Assembly: GCF_036971445.1 (NCBI RefSeq)
Contig: NC_091473.1
Span: 188,852,001 to 188,916,000 of the forward strand
DNA length: 64,000 nt
Source: Narcine bancroftii
Lineage: Eukaryota
Direction of reading: 5' to 3'
The stretch's first letter is position 1. The number at the start of each line of letters is the position of its first letter. The position numbers were made by a program, and so were the translations under genes. Below the pieces are notes generated by a model, which had not been told where the DNA came from, ran no database searches, and saw nothing but the letters and a program-made list of their open reading frames with translations. This document shows positions 23,739 to 39,276 of the stretch, piece after piece.

Positions 23739-26700
23739 TAAATCACTTAACATAACATTAGGTACTACATATTAATACAGACATTATGTGATTAATTTTT
23801 TATATATAAACCCCTCTCCAACCACCTCACTAATACCCTCCCTCCTCCCTTCCCCACCTACAAAGAGTAAGATCATCTTCTACTACAATTACATTTAAAC
23901 ATTTCGGCTGCAGGAATGGTGGCACCGATCAGAGCGGACTGAGAGTTTAGATTCTAAACACCAATAGTTTTCAAATAAGGGTTCCAAATTTTTGTAAGAA
24001 AAAATATTGATCTCTTAAATTATATGTAAATCGATTCTGAAAGAAATACAGGCTTTCAGTTCGAAATGACATGCGCTATCACCTAAAACCGAGTCAGAGT
24101 TCCTTGTAATAGCTAAACGCTTCTTAGAAACCACCAGAGGCAAAACGTAAAATTTCCCAAACCGTATGTTCATAAATCAAGAATGAAATGGGAATCAGAT
24201 TTCGATATAAGCATTGATGAAAGGGTTTGCAGAAATTTTTGCAAAGATAATATGACTAAGGTAATAAATGTACGTTATAGATTAGTGCAGTACAAGTTTT
24301 TACATCAATTGCATTTGATTATGTATAACGCGAAATTTTCAGCTTAGTTCTTCAGATTTGTTTTTTTTAAACTTTATTTGATATTTTTCAATAAGAATAA
24401 ACAGACGTTTACAGAATAATTAATCTAATAATTATAAAACAATAAAACTAACCCACCCTCACCCTCCTCCCACAACAGATCCCTCAAGGGAAGCATTAAA
24501 GATAAACAAAAACATTCAGTAATTTACAATATTACTAAATTCATATTCTTTATATAAGGTGTCCACAGCTTAACAAAAATTCATAATTATCATGTAAATT
24601 GTATGTTATTTTCTCCATATAAATACACGATTTCAACACATGCCATTGAGTTAAATTTAACTGCGCTTCATCTTTCCAAGACATGCCAATACATTCACGA
24701 GCAACTGTCAATGTTAGACCAATAAACACTGTCTGAAACTTATCCAACCCAATTCCACTAACGGAATAAAAGAGCTGAACAAAAAAAATTTGGATCTAAA
24801 GGAAAATGAATATTAAACAAATTTAGAAGAAAAATCTTAATTTTAAACCAGAAAAGAATGAACTTTATCACAAAACCAAACAGAAGGTAGAAATGTTCCA
24901 ATACATAATCCACACCTAAAACACAGATATGAATTACTGTCCATATTTTTAATCAATATTACAGGGGTTAAATATAACTGATATGAAAATTAGAATTAAC
25001 CATACTATGTCTTACATTAATTTATTTAGTCAACCCATTATAACACATATTTTCAAATTAGTTCTTCAGATTATGTTTTAGATGTGACCCAGAATGGGTA
25101 CTTTTTTTCATTCGGCGTGGACCTGTCGTAAGATTAAAAGTTTTTGGCTGCAAAATAAATCGGAGTTTGGAACACCATATTAAAAAGTAAATTTACTTTT
25201 GGATCCAGTGTTGTTTTAATTAGTTGAGGCCAAGTTTGGAATATTGCGTGTGATTCTGACCTCAAAAAATTATAGGAAGAATATCCGTAAGATTGAGACG
25301 GTTCAAAGAGGGGTTTACGAAAATGTTTCACTTGGATTGCCGTATCTAGAATATGGGGAAAGATTGAGTAGACTAGGACTTTATTCTTGGAGCATAGAAG
25401 AGGTTGAGGTGAGATTTGATAGAGGTATAGAAAATGATCAAAGGGATAGATAGAGTAGATGTGAATATGCTCTTTCCCCTGAGGATAGGGGAGATTGGAA
25501 CCAGGGGACATGTAAAGGATTAGGGGCCAACAACCTTAGGTGTTATATCAGAAGATGCTTCTTCACTCAGAGAGTGGTGGCTGAGTGGAATGACCTTATG
25601 GAACAGGTAGTTGCAGCAGGGTCAATTCTGTCATTTAAAAGGTTAGATGAGTACATGGATGTGAGGCTGTGGAGGTGTTATGGGCCGGGAGAGGGTAGGT
25701 GGGAACTAGAGGAGTTTCACGTGAAATCGCAGCGGATTAGAAGGGCCGATATGGCCTGTTTCCGAACTGTAAATTGTTATAGAGTTATATTAAATTGATA
25801 GCTTTAAGATTGAGAGATGACCATGTACCAAATTGAATAGTTACATACCCCCGTTTTTCACCTTATTATACATTTAATCCCGAAGCGGTGGCAAGCGTCT
25901 TAAAAATATCCACGTCTCTCCTTGGATCCTTTAAAAAAATTATTTCCCTCGCGCCCTTGCCATCTTCAGAGTAGTTGGGTGAAGGGGGTAAACTCGATTC
26001 ATTTTGTTTAAAACTCTTGTTAGCCGGGTCAGATTTCGTCCCGCGTTTCCATAGCGCGTGTAGAGACATTTACAACACCCTTGCCCATTAGACTACATGT
26101 GCACCCACGGCCAGCAAGCAGAGTCCAATACTATCCGATTCTAAAGTGCCACTGCTCGCATGGCAACCATTTCCAGCAGACAGCTGTTTCATAAGTTTGG
26201 AACCCGTTAGCTGTGTCATGGGCCTAGCGGTTGCGAAACTAAGCGAGGAGGATGAGTTCTTTCGGTGCCTCTTCGGTTCCGCAGAAGAGAATCATAATGA
26301 CTTGCGACACGTGTAGGAATTCCACACGTTGGGGTTGTGCACCTCCCAGGACGAGCCAAGTGGTCCTGCAATTGCTGCATGTGGTGGGTGGAGGGGACAA
26401 CATATCCAAGGTAGCATGACCCTGCTAACAACCAGAGGGAAGCCTTATCTATCCCAATTGGAATAAGCTCCGTTTATAGGCTGTCACTTTAAACGAAGGA
26501 ACACTTGGGTTCAGCGGGAATCAAGGTATCGTCGCCTACACACAGGTTCAAGTCAGATTTCACACCAAATCGAATTGATCAACGGCGACTGGTGGCGATG
26601 GTGGCGATGGTTGAACAACGCGGCAACTGATAAAACCTCCTTCCTGATGACGTCATGTTAATCAGTTGCGGAGATCAGGACGACACCAGAAACATTGGCA

Positions 26701-27274
26701 TATTTTCTACAGTTCTGTTGGGGGGCGGGTGTGGAATGTTATGACCGGCTGTATCACGATGTGGTCTGACTACACCAATACCCCTGAGCGCAAAACCCTC
26801 CAAAAGGTAGTGGGCACAACCCAGGACATCACAGGCAAACCTCCCCACAGTCGCGAACATTTTCAGGGAACACTGCCTTCGGAGAGCAGCAGCAAGGATC
26901 CACACCACCCAGCACATGCTCTGTTCTCCCTCTGCCATCAGGAAAGATGATGTAGGTGCCCTAACACTCAAATCACCAGGTTCTGGAACAGCTGCTACGC
27001 CTCCACCATCAGACTCCTCACCGAAAACTCAATGAGGGACTCATTTACGGACGTCTTCACATTTGGCATTTTATTGATTTGTTGCCTCTCCCTATTGCAG
27101 TCAGTTTCTGTTTACGATATCTTAACTTGTTTACGTTGAGTATGTATTGATTACAGTGGAAAGTCTGCCTGGATCGCAGGAGAACCAACCTCAGGGTTGA
27201 GTTTAGGAATACACATGACGTATGGCCCAGGAAATGGACATTTTAAAGAATTTTAGCAGATGTAATAATATAAA

Positions 27275-29078
27275 AATAGTGAGCACTTCACATCCAATGA
27301 TCATGGTACCATTATAATTATGGAGAGGGACGACGATGAAGGCCTTTGACTTGGGGAAAAGCAAAATTTGATAAAATGGGAAGAGATTTTCAGTGAGTGA
27401 TTTGGACATATTTGATTATATGAAGGAGTAGAGGAGAATTGCAGGTAATTTACAGGTGATATATTGAGGGTGCAGAATCTTTATGTTCCTGTTGGGATAA
27501 AAGGCAGAGACAAATGTTAGAGAGAGCCGTGGTTTTCAAGGGAGATTATGAAGTTGGTTCGAGATTAAAGGGAGGCCTACATTAAATACAGGAAGCAAGG
27601 TGTGGAGGAGATGCTTGGAAAATACATTGATTGAAAAAAGAAGCCTATGAAAGAAATTAGGACAGAAAATGTAAGGTACGAGGTGGCTATATTGAAGAGC
27701 GTGAAAGTAAATCCGAAGGGCCTTTATAAATATGTGAATAATAAAAGGAGAGTGAAGGATAGAAATGGTCCACTAGAGCATCAGAGCGGACATATGTGTG
27801 AGGAGGCAAATGAGACGGGGGTGATATTGAATGAGTTCTTCTCGTCGGTATTTACAAGAGAAAAAGATATGGAATTGTCTAGCATAGGTGACGCAAAAAG
27901 GGTTTTTATGGAAAACAGTGGGATTAGGAAAGAGCGGGTGTTGGAACTTTTAAGGCATATGAAGGTTGACAAGTCTCCAGGTGTAGGCCCAGCAATTATC
28001 GGCCAGTATGTCTGACGTCTGTGGTTGGTAAACAAAGGAAAGCATTCGTGGAGATAACAGGTATAAGTACCTAGAGGGGCAGTGTCTGATAATGGATTGC
28101 CAACATGGGTTTGTGTGGGGAAGTTCATGTTTGACAAATTTTGTTGAATTTGTTGAGGAGGTGACCAGGAAGGTTGATGAAGGCAGAGCAGTAGATGTCG
28201 TCTACATTGATTTCAGTAATGCCTTCGATAAGGTTCTTCATAGAAGGTTAGTGAGGAAGGTTCAGGCGCTAGGCATTGACGTTGAGATAGTCAGAATGGT
28301 TCAACGGTGGCTAGAAGATAGGTACCAGAGAATGTCGGTCAGGGTGAAGGCCAGTAATGAGCGATGTGCCTCACGGATCGGTGTTGGGCCCCTTGATGTT
28401 CGTTATTTACATTAATGATTTGGATGATAGTGTGGTAAATGATGTTAGTAAATATGCTGACGATCCAAAGATAGGGTGAGTTGTGGATAGTGAGGATGGT
28501 TTTCGGGAACTGCAGAAGGATTTGGACTGCTTAGAAGAGTGGGCTGAAACACGGAAGATGGAGTTTAATGTAGATAAGTGTGAAGTGCTTCATGTTGGGA
28601 AGAATAATTAAAATAGGACGTATGCACTGAGGTGAAGGGTGTTGAGGTATACAGAGGAACAGAGATCTTGGAATAATGGTTCATCGTTCTTTGAAAGTGG
28701 AATCTCATGAAGTAGGCTTTTGGTCTGGTGACCTTTATACATCAAAGCATAGAATATAGGAGGCGGGAGATAATGTGAGACTGTTCAAGGCTTTTGTGAG
28801 GCCAAGATTGGAATATTGTGTGCAGTTTTGGTCTCCAAATTATAGGAAGGGTATTAATAAGGTAGAGAGGATGGCAGAGTGGAATGACCTTCCGGAGGTT
28901 GTGGTTGCAGCAGGGCCAATATTGTCAATTAAGTGGAGGTTCGATGAGTTCATGAATGTGAAGCGTTTGAAGGGTTATGGGCATGTGCAGGAAGGTGTGA
29001 TTAGTAGAGTTCACTTAAATAATTGCGGACTAGAGTGGCTGAGATGGCCTGTTTCCGTTATGTAATTGTTATTATGTG
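27275..29078 (+). mobile_element. Long decayed CR1 copy
   Basis: Same ORFs as 11365-12784. Confidence 0.88.
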
Positions 29079-30177
29079 TAAATGTGCTAATCCATTTTCC
29101 CCCACTCAGCCCCCCTGCTCGGGCCTCTCCTCATAACCTTTGATGTCCGGGCTAATCAAGAACCTATCAATCTCTGTCTTAAATAAACCCAATGATGTTA
29201 TGATCATTGGATGGATGAGGAGAACGGACAAAGCAGTGACAAATGAAATACAACATCTAAATGTCCGCCAGGCCAGGAAAACCCTTCGGGAGGCAGGTCT
29301 GTCAGTGACTATTGTCCGCAGAAGACTTCATGAACAGAAACGCAGAGGCTACATTGCAAGATGCCAATAGTTGTATGTTTTATATCTTGGGCAATTCCTT
29401 TACGTTTCCACACTTTGCACTTGCCCTCACTCTGACGCAGGTTAATCTTGGTCTCATCTGTCCACAAGACCATTTTACAGAATTATTCAGCCTCTTTTAA
29501 ATACTTCTTGGCGAACCGTAATCTGGCCTTCTTTTCTGCGACCAACTAGTGGTTTGCATCTTGCAGTGTTGTTCATGAGCCTTTCAACGGATAGTTGTCA
29601 CCTGCCTCATGAAGGGTGTTTCTGATCTGTCGGATTAGCGTTTGGGGATTTTTCTTCCAGATGATGAGAATTTCCCTGTTATCATTAGAGAGATCCTTCC
29701 TGATAATGCCAGTCCCTTTCTGATTACTGAGCTCACTAGGACGTTCCTTCTTAATAATAATATTCCATACGCTTGATTTCGGTAATCCTGACCGATGATT
29801 CTTACTGTTTTATTCCTGTTTTTCCACCTTATAATGGCTAATTTGTCATTCATTGGCAAAAAGCATGTTGAAAAATGGCACCTACAGAATATAAAAGTTT
29901 AGAAGCCAGCCCAGCCCTCTTATACTTACACCAATGAAGCAATTAAACATACCTGAGTTCTCACAAACACCTGTGAAGCCAGACATTCTGGCGCCCTGAT
30001 ACGAAGGGACCATGAATAAACAGGACTGTAATTTATACACGGTCAAACCAAAATCTATCTAAATAACTTTTAATGAAATCTGGAATGTGCACTTAAATTA
30101 TATTTGAATTCTTTGAACACAAATTTCAAATTGTGGAGCGCAGTGGAAAAGAAAGAAATCTGTGCTTGTCCCAAACT

Positions 30178-31142
30178 CTATGGATTGTGTTGCATTTGGA
30201 TTGGAAACGCCCTGAGCTGACTCCGTCGGCTTCGAGAGTCCGGTTTGCGAATTAACTGAATAACCGAGGTGATCGGAAATTTCACCGCGTTGACCAGATT
30301 CTCCCTGAACTTGGACTGAGTCAAGGCGTAAATAAAGGTGTTGGTGCAGCAACTTAAAGTCAACAGCAGCTGCCCCACCTGGAGAAATATGACTTCGGAG
30401 TCGTTGTGGTGATTGGGGTCCGCCCCGGCGGCTGTGTAGTAAAGGAAATGGACAACGTGCACCGACCACAACAGGATGAAGCTGCCGGAGATGGCGAAGA
30501 GTAAGATCATAGACCTCCGCCTGCTTTCCATCTCCGGGTCACTGCGGCTTCCTCCGCCTCTCTGACCCCTTAGCCCCCGACGGATGCGACTGGAGAAGAC
30601 AACGTGCCGCACCGTCAGAGCGTTGAACAACAAAATCAAAGCAAAAGGGATCAGCGGCATTATTAAGGTGTTCACCCAGTCAAAGGCCACCCAGCCAGGA
30701 TCCGTGAAATAACTTGCCTTCTGCAAACAGAACCACGGGACGTTGTCAACCACTCTCAGGGGTTCATATGTGAAGTAGTAGGGAATCCTCTGTAAAGAGA
30801 GAAGAACGCTCGTCGTGGTCATCACGGCGGACGCGGTTTTCCCAGTGCAGAATTTCGTCTTCAGCTTCTGGAAGCAGATGGCGACAAATCGATCGAAGGT
30901 GAAGGTGACGGTGAACCAGACGGAACAGCCGGTGACAACACGACCCAGGACTGAGATGAGGCTGCACACGGGGGTGATGTGAAGGAAAACGCCGGGGAAG
31001 TAATAATAACTGAACCGCCACAGGACGACATTGATGAGGATGATCAGTTGGTCCGCCGCTGCCATGGCCACCAGGTAGCGGGTGGTGCAGATGGAGAGTC
31101 CGCACCTTCCGCGGGACAGGACTGCAAGCGCCACTACATTCG
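30178..31142 (-). CDS. GPR139-like: GPR139-like GPCR, exon 2 (copy 3)
   Basis: Translation identical to copy 1. Confidence 0.9.
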
Positions 31143-33060
31143 CTGTGAAGGAAATGGAAAGGACGATGAGATTTCGGGCCAATTGCTCCTTCATTACACC
31201 TGCACAATGAAGATTTTGCTTCCTGAACACGTGTAGGTGTATTTCATGGAGTGTTGTGTTGGTGCTCATGAGAATCACCTTAAAATGTTCCTAATTCTTT
31301 CATTTCTCTCCATCCAGACGGAAGTAACCTTCGCTCACCCCTGCCCAGATTCTCCCTCTTTCCTGCTCCCTGTCTCCAACTACTCAACTCACATTCCCCT
31401 GCAACTACCCTGCCCCTCACCATTATTCCTGTATAACTAGATGGAACCTATTTCTGTGATTTTCATATTTTGTCTACTTCAAATATAACAAGGCCATTGA
31501 CAATGGACAATACAACATACCGTTGGCAAATAATTTACTGCAGTCGCACTTGGTCTTCTTTTCTGCTGATCTGCGTTCAGTGACGAACATAGTGCTTTTC
31601 CAACTTCCGACCTGATACATCAAATTTGAACTTACCATTGTTCAGTGGTTCCCAACCATTTCTTTCCACTCAGACACAACTTTAATTGTTCCCTCCGCCA
31701 TCGGCGCTCTTTGATTAATAAGGGATTGCTTAAGGTGGTGTGTGTTTATTTATCTATCCATCCTTTTTTCTGTCTATCCATTTATCCATTTATCTATCAA
31801 TCGATCCATTTATCTCTCTATCCATTCACTTATTTATCTGTCTATCAGTCCAACCATTTANNNNNNNNNNNNNNNNNNNNNNNNNNNNNNNNNNNNNNNN
31901 NNNNNNNNNNNNNNNNNNNNNNNNNNNNNNNNNNNNNNNNNNNNNNNNNNNNNNNNNNNNNNNNNNNNNNNNNNNNNNNNNNNNNNNNNNNNNNNNNNNN
32001 NNNNNNNNNNNNNNNNNNNNNNNNNNNNNNNNNNNNNNNNNNNNNNNNNNNNNNNNNNNNNNNNNNNNNNNNATATTGAAACGTAACAAATCCGACAGCC
32101 CGACATCACATCAACGGACTGAAGGAGCAGCGCTCATTGATATTATACACAATGTGTTCGAGGAAGCTGTGAGCAAAGTAATTTGTTTAAATAAAAACGA
32201 CTGAACTCTCCAACACAAAGAACAACAGCGCTTTGAAAATCCTGTATCAACATCAGCAGCTCCCCCTGTTGACAGATACCACGCCACTTGGTTTGACCAT
32301 TGGCAAAAGATACTGCATCAGGACAGTAAACGATACGCTGCAGAGCGGACACCCGCGTCCTTCCCACCGTAACAGACGAAAGGGTTGACACTTTGTTCTC
32401 TGCTCAGAATATTGGGCTTAATGGACGACAACTCCGAGAATCCATTATTTGTCCGTCTGCCAATATTTCCCGCACACCCTAGCATGTCACCAGGTCCCTC
32501 TCTCCGCTTTCCGCTTGAAGGGATCTGTTGGAAGCTTCCCACAATGGAGTGTAACGTGGTTCAAATAACAATATCAAAAAATGTGAATAACCCGTCAGTC
32601 CTGTCTAATCAATGTTCAGAATCCGCACAGTGATATATTGATCAGTGCGCACCGTGAACCTGCGATGTCAAAACCTTCTGCCAGGCTCCTTTTAATTGTC
32701 GCTTTGAACGGAAACAGCAGAGAGAGGGCACGGTTGGCGCAACGCTTTCACAGCGCCAGAGATGGGGACCTGGGTTCCAATCCCGCTGTCTATTAGGAGT
32801 TTGGACGCTCTGTCCGTGTCACTTTTCCCCGGGGGGTTCCTGTGTCTTCCCACAGGTGGTGTCGGTCAATTGGGTAGCATGGGCTGGTGGGCCGAAATGG
32901 CCCGTTCCCGTGCCTAAATTGAACAAGCGCAAAGGGAGTGAAGGAAAGGTTCCTCCGGGTTCTCGTGTGCCAAGAACCATCATCCCGGAGACGGCATTAT
33001 TTAAAAAATCAACTAAAAACTCACGCACAACTGTAAAGTTGAGGCAGTCACTGTTCTTAC

Positions 33061-33127
33061 CAGGAACTCCAAGAAGAGCAATGAAGATATAAACAATTCT
33101 TATGAAACGGTAAAACGCGCTGAGCAT
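33061..33127 (-). CDS. GPR139-like: GPR139-like GPCR, exon 1 (copy 3)
   Basis: Identical to copy 1 exon 1. Confidence 0.88.
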
Positions 33128-36100
33128 GTTCTGTGAGCATCAACCTGTCTTCCAGCTTCAGCCAATCTCTCTGAAGTCAAGGCATCGCACGCCCAATAAT
33201 TTATACCTGCGGATTCTTTGCGGCTCCAAGGTCATTGAAACGTTATGGCTCAATATAGATGGAAAAATGAAAACACATTACGTTATTTGAGTCAGGTTCC
33301 AAGGATCTGCACTGGGTCTGTTGTTGTTTGTTATATACATCAATGATCTTGAGATGATGGGGTAGAAAATTGGAATAGTAATTAGGCGGATGATACTTTG
33401 TGCATAATGAAGAAGGTTTTTAAATATTGCAGAGAGATTTGGGTCAGTGAGAAGAGTGGGCTGAAAGTTGGGAAATAGGGTTCAATGTGCAAGTGGAACA
33501 AGTCGGACTAATCACAATAGGACCCACATGGGCCAAATGGTGGGGCGTGAAAGAATGCAATTGAACAAAGAGATCTAGGAATAGTGGTGCACAGTTCCCT
33601 GAAGGTGGATAGGGTAGTGAAGAATGCTGTTCTTTAGAAATCTGAGCACAGAGGGAAAGGTTTGGGAGGGAATGTTAAAATTGTACAAGGCATTGGTGAG
33701 ACTACAATTGGAATATTGTGTTCCGTTCTGCTCACCAAATTACAGGAAGGATATGAACAGAATTATCTGTGGGTTTCAGCACCCAGTTACAGAGAATGTT
33801 TAAACCAGTTAGGGCTTTATTCCTTAGAGTGTAGAAGGCTGAGAGGTGGGGGGTGGGGGTATATTATCAAATTGAAAGTTAAGGTGGATCGATAGAGTAG
33901 ATGTGGATGGACGTTGTCCATTGAGTAGAGGAGAGATTCAAACCAGAGGACATGAGCTGAGAGTTTATGGGGGCAAAAGTTTAGGTGCAACACAAGTGGG
34001 AGTTTCTATACTCGGAGAGCGGAGACTGTGTGTAATGAGTTTCCAGTGGATACAGGTACAATACTATCTTTAAAGAAAAAATTGGTTAGGTGTATTGATG
34101 GCAAAGGTTTGGAGGGTTATGGGCAGAGAGCAGATCATTGGGACGAGCAGAATTTAAGAGTTACAGCACATACAAGATGGGCCATAAATGGCCTGTTTCC
34201 TCGCTGTAATTGTCATATGGTTATCCGGTCATTACAGTTCTGGGCCAGAATAGACAAGTGCAATCCTAGAAACCAAGGAAGCGCGGCATTGTTAAACCCT
34301 CTGGGGCCAACCTCTGCCTATTTGACGTTGTTCATTGCTCTGCTCTTTTAATTTTGTCAACGAAGTTTCGACATTTCACTTTTCTCACCAGGATTTCCCT
34401 TTGACTAATGGTCTCAATTAGAGATCGGTTTTAATAGAAAGGATTAACATCTTGATAGGTGTGGTGATACACCACTAGCCTATTACAGGGGGCGACCTGT
34501 GTACCTGTAGCAAGAGCACAGGAAAACATGATAGCACCTGGCCGGCTGTCAATCAGACGACCTGAATAGTCCAAGCCCCACCGTCGGCTGCCAATCATCC
34601 TCTGGAAAATAAGCCACATCCATCCCCTCGTGGGCAGCCACTGGGGGCTAAAGCTAACTGCAGCAGGGACTTTAAGTGGAATAAAGCCTGTTAAGCAGTC
34701 TTTAAGTATTGTTTCGGCTTTTCTGTCCGACAGCGTGCCACAATACGTCAGCTCATTTCCTACGTCAGCTCATTTCTTATACACCAATCTTCTGAAGGAA
34801 CTGGAACACTTAAACACCTGCAGATCCCAAAATAATGCAAATGGTAAAAGCAGATGAGAAGGATGAAGTCACCAGCAGAACGAGCCGGCTCAAATCAACA
34901 CCGGGTTCACGCTGAAAAGAAGCAAATGCCTCACATAATCGATATGCCGGTTCGATGCAGCATACAGACACATATATTTACCAGCTGGAGAGATGGGCTG
35001 CCAAATGGCAGGTGGAAGTGCGGACAAGTGCAAGCAGTTGCACTTTGGGAGCACTGATCAAATTAGGACATAACACTGCCAAAAGTTGTTCACTGAAGAG
35101 GGAACACATGGATCTGGGAACACAAATTCCTGGATCGGGGGTTAAGGGGTGCTTTGGTATCTTTGCCTTCAAATAGCAAAGTATGCAGTCTAGGAATTGG
35201 GAGGTTATGGTAAAGTTGTAGAAGATACTTGTGAGGGCAATGTTAGAGTGTGGCTCCTTCAATTTGCAGGTGGACGCAGCCTGGGAGTGCTTGAGGGCAT
35301 TTGCAACACTCTTATTTGGATATTTTACTTTTTAAACAAACCTTGTAATTTGTTGAACATTCATGAAACCTACAGAGTCTGTATTTATCCCTCATCTTCG
35401 TACAAGTGGAAGTACCATCAATTAAATCACCTCGACAGCGAGATAAATCACGCCCCATATATTCCCCCTGCTTTCCCATCTCCCAATTTATTTTTACCCT
35501 CTCCTCCCACCTACCTCCCCGAGCAGCAATAACCAAGCTCTTGGCGCCAACCAACCCCCACCCCCATCATTTTCAGAAGGGCCTAATGAACGCATCTCCT
35601 ACTTATATCTCCCTCCCTTCACTTGAAATCCTTGTATTCATTCTTACTCTCTAATATGCATTCTTCATTAAACATTTACATGATGAAAAAACCACATATA
35701 TCCCACTTCATATTCCTCACAATTACAATAGTTACAGTACTTTTTAAAAACATTTTATTTAAAATTTAAAATCACTTAACATAACATTAGGTACTACATA
35801 TTAATACAGACATTATGTGATTAATTTTTTTATATATAAACCCCTCTCCCAACCACCTCACTAATACCCTCCCTCCTCCCTTCCCCACCTACAAAGAGTA
35901 AGATCATCTTCTACTACAATTACATTTAAACATTTCGGCTGCAGGAATGGTGGCACCGATCAGAGCGGACTGAGAGTTTAGATTCTAACACCAATAGTTT
36001 TCAAATAAGGGTTCCAAATTTTTGTAAAGAAAAAAATATTGATCTCTTAAATTATATGTAATCGATTCTGAAGAAATACAGGCTTTCAGTTCGTAATGAC

Positions 36101-39100
36101 ATCCTATCAACCTAAAACCGAGTCAGAGTTCCTTGTAATAGCTAAACGCTTCTTAGAAACCACCAGAGGCAAAACGTAAAATTTCCCAAACCGTATGTTC
36201 ATAAATCAAGAATGAAATGGGAATCAGATTTCGATATAAGCATTGATGAAAGGGTTTGCAGAAATTTTTGCAAAGATAATATGACTAAGGTAATAAATGT
36301 ACGTTATAGATTAGTGCAGTACAATTTTTACATCAATTGCATTTGATTATGTATAACGCGAAATTTTCAGCTTAGTTCTTCAGATTTGTTTTTTTAAACT
36401 TTATTTGATATTTTTCAATAAGAATAAACAGACGTTTACAGAATAATTAATCTAATAATTATAAAACAATAAAACTAACCCACCCTCACCCTCCTCCCAC
36501 AACAGATCCCTCAAGGGAAGCATTAAAGATAAACAAAAACATTCAGTAATTTACAATATTACTAAATTCATATTCTTTATATAAGGTGTCCACAGCTTAA
36601 CAAAAATTCATAATTATCATGTAAATTGTATGTTATTTTCTCCATATAAATACACGATTTCAACACATGCCATTGAGTTAAATTTAACTGCGCTTCATCT
36701 TTCCAAGACATGCCAATACATTCACGAGCAACTGTCAATGTTAGACCAATAAACACTGTCTGAAACTTATCCAACCCCAATTCCACTAACGGAATAAAAG
36801 AGCTGAACAAAAAAAATTTGGATCTAAAGGAAAATGAATATTAAACAAATTTAGAAGAAAAATCTTAATTTTAAACCAGAAAAGAATGAACTTTATCACA
36901 AAACCAAACAGAAGGTAGAAATGTTCCAATACATAATCCACACCTAAAACACAGATATGAATTACTGTCCATATTTTTAATCAATATTACAGGGGTTAAA
37001 TATAACTGATATGAAAAATTAGAATTAACCATACTATGTCTTACATTAATTTATTTAGTCAACCCATTATAACACATATTTTCAAATTAGTTCTTCAGAT
37101 TATGTTTTAGATGTGACCCAGAAGTGGGTACTTTTTTTCATTCGGCGTGGACCTGTCGTAAGATTAAAAGTTTTTGGCTGCAAATTAAATCGTGTTTGGA
37201 ACACATATTAAAAAGTAAATTTACTTTTGGATCCAGTGTTGTTTTAATTAGTTGAGGCCAAGTTTGGAATATTGCGTGTGATTCTGACCTCAAAATTATA
37301 GGAAGAATATCCGTAAGATTGAGACGGTTCAAAGAGGGTTTACGAAAATGTTTCCTGGATTGCAGTATCTAGAATATGGGGAAAGATTGAGTAGACTAGG
37401 ACTTTATTCATTGGAGCATAGAAGGTTGAGGTGGATTTGATAGAGGTATAGAAAATGATAAAGGGGATAGATAGAGTAGATGTGAATATGCTCTTTCCCC
37501 TGAGGATAGGGGAGATTGGAACCAGGGGACATGTAAAGGATTAGGGGCCAAAACCTTAGGTGTTATATCAGAAGATGCTTCTTCACTCAGAGAGTGGTGG
37601 CTGAGTGGAATGACCTTATGGAACAGGTAGTTGCAGCAGGGTCAATTCTGTCATTTAAAAGGTTAGATGAGTACATGGATGTGAGGAGGTTGGAGGGTTA
37701 TGGGCCGGGAGAGGGTAGGTGGAACTAGAGGAGTTTCACGTAAATCGCAGCGGATTAGAAGGGCCGATATGGCCTGTTTCCGAACTGTAAATTGTTATAG
37801 AGTTATATTAAATTGATAGCTTTAAGATTGAGATTGACCATGTACCAAATTGAATAGTTACATACCCCCGTTTTTCACCTTATTTACATTTAATCCCGAA
37901 GCGGTGGCAAGGCTCTTAAAAAATCCACGGTCTCCCTTGGATCCTTTAAAAAAATTATTTCCCTCGCGCCCTTGCCATCTTCAGAGTAGTTGGGTGAAGG
38001 AGGGTAAACTCGATTCCATTTTGTTTAAAACTCTTGTTAGCCGGGTCAGATTTCGTCCCGCGTTTCCATAGCGCCGTGTAGAGACATTTACAACACCCTT
38101 GGCCCATTAGACTACATGTGCACCCACGGCCAGCAAGCAGAGTCCAATACTATCCGATTCTAAAGTGCCACTGCTCGCATGGCAACCATTTCCAGCAGAC
38201 AGCTGTTTCATAAGTTTGGAACCCGTTAGCTGTGTCATGGGCCAGCGGTTGCGAAACTAAGCGAGGAGGATGAGTTCTTTCGGTGCCTCTTCGGTTCCGC
38301 AGAAGAGAATCATAATGACTTGCACACGTGTAGGAATTCCACGTTGGGTTGTGCACCTCCCAGGACGAGCCAAGTGGTCCTGCAATTGCTGCATGTGGTG
38401 GGTGGAGGGGACAACATATCCAAGGTAGCATGACCCTGCTAACAACCAGAGGGAAGCCTTATTATCCCAATTGGAATAAGCTCCCGTTTATAGGCTGTCA
38501 CTTTAAACGAAGGAACACTTGGGTTCAGCGGGAATCAAGGTATCGTCGCCTAACACAGGTTCAGAGATTTCACACCAAATCGAATTGATCAACGGCGATG
38601 GTGGCGATGGTGGCGATGGTTGAACAACGCGGCAACTGAAAAACCTCCTTCCTGATGACGTCATGTTAATCAGTTTGCGGAGATCAGGACGACACCAGAA
38701 ACATTGGCATATTTCTACAGTTCTGTTGGGGGGCGGGTGTGGAATGTTATGACCGGCTGTATCACGATGTGGTCTGACTACACCAATACCCCTGAGCGCA
38801 AAACCCTCCAAAAGGTAGTGGGCACAACCCAGGACATCACAGGCAAAACCCTCCCCACAGTCGCGAACATTTTCAGGGAACACTGCCTTCGGAGAGCAGC
38901 AGCAAGGATCCACACCACCCAGCACATGCTCTGTTCTCCCTCTGCCATCAGGAAAGAGATGTAGGTGCCATAACACTCAAATCACCAGGTTCTGGAACAG
39001 CTGCTACGCCTCCACCATCAGACTCCTCACCGAAAAACTCAATGAGGGACTCATTTACGGACTCTTACATTTGCATTTTATTGATTTGTTGCCTCTCCCT

Positions 39101-39276
39101 ATTGCAGTCAGTTTGTTTACATATCTTAACTTGTTTACGTTGAGTATGTATTGATTACAGTGGAAAGTCTGCCTGGATCGCAGGAGAACCAACCTCAGGG
39201 TTGAGTTTAGGAATACACATGACGTATGGCCCAGGAAATGGACATTTTAAAGAATTTTAGCAGATGTAATAATATA

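Noticed and set aside
23739-27450. An older, diverged repeat unit with unique ORFs (e.g. 25134-25511)
   Set aside because: The differences are mostly small indels next to a scaffold gap, which is better explained by sequencing error.
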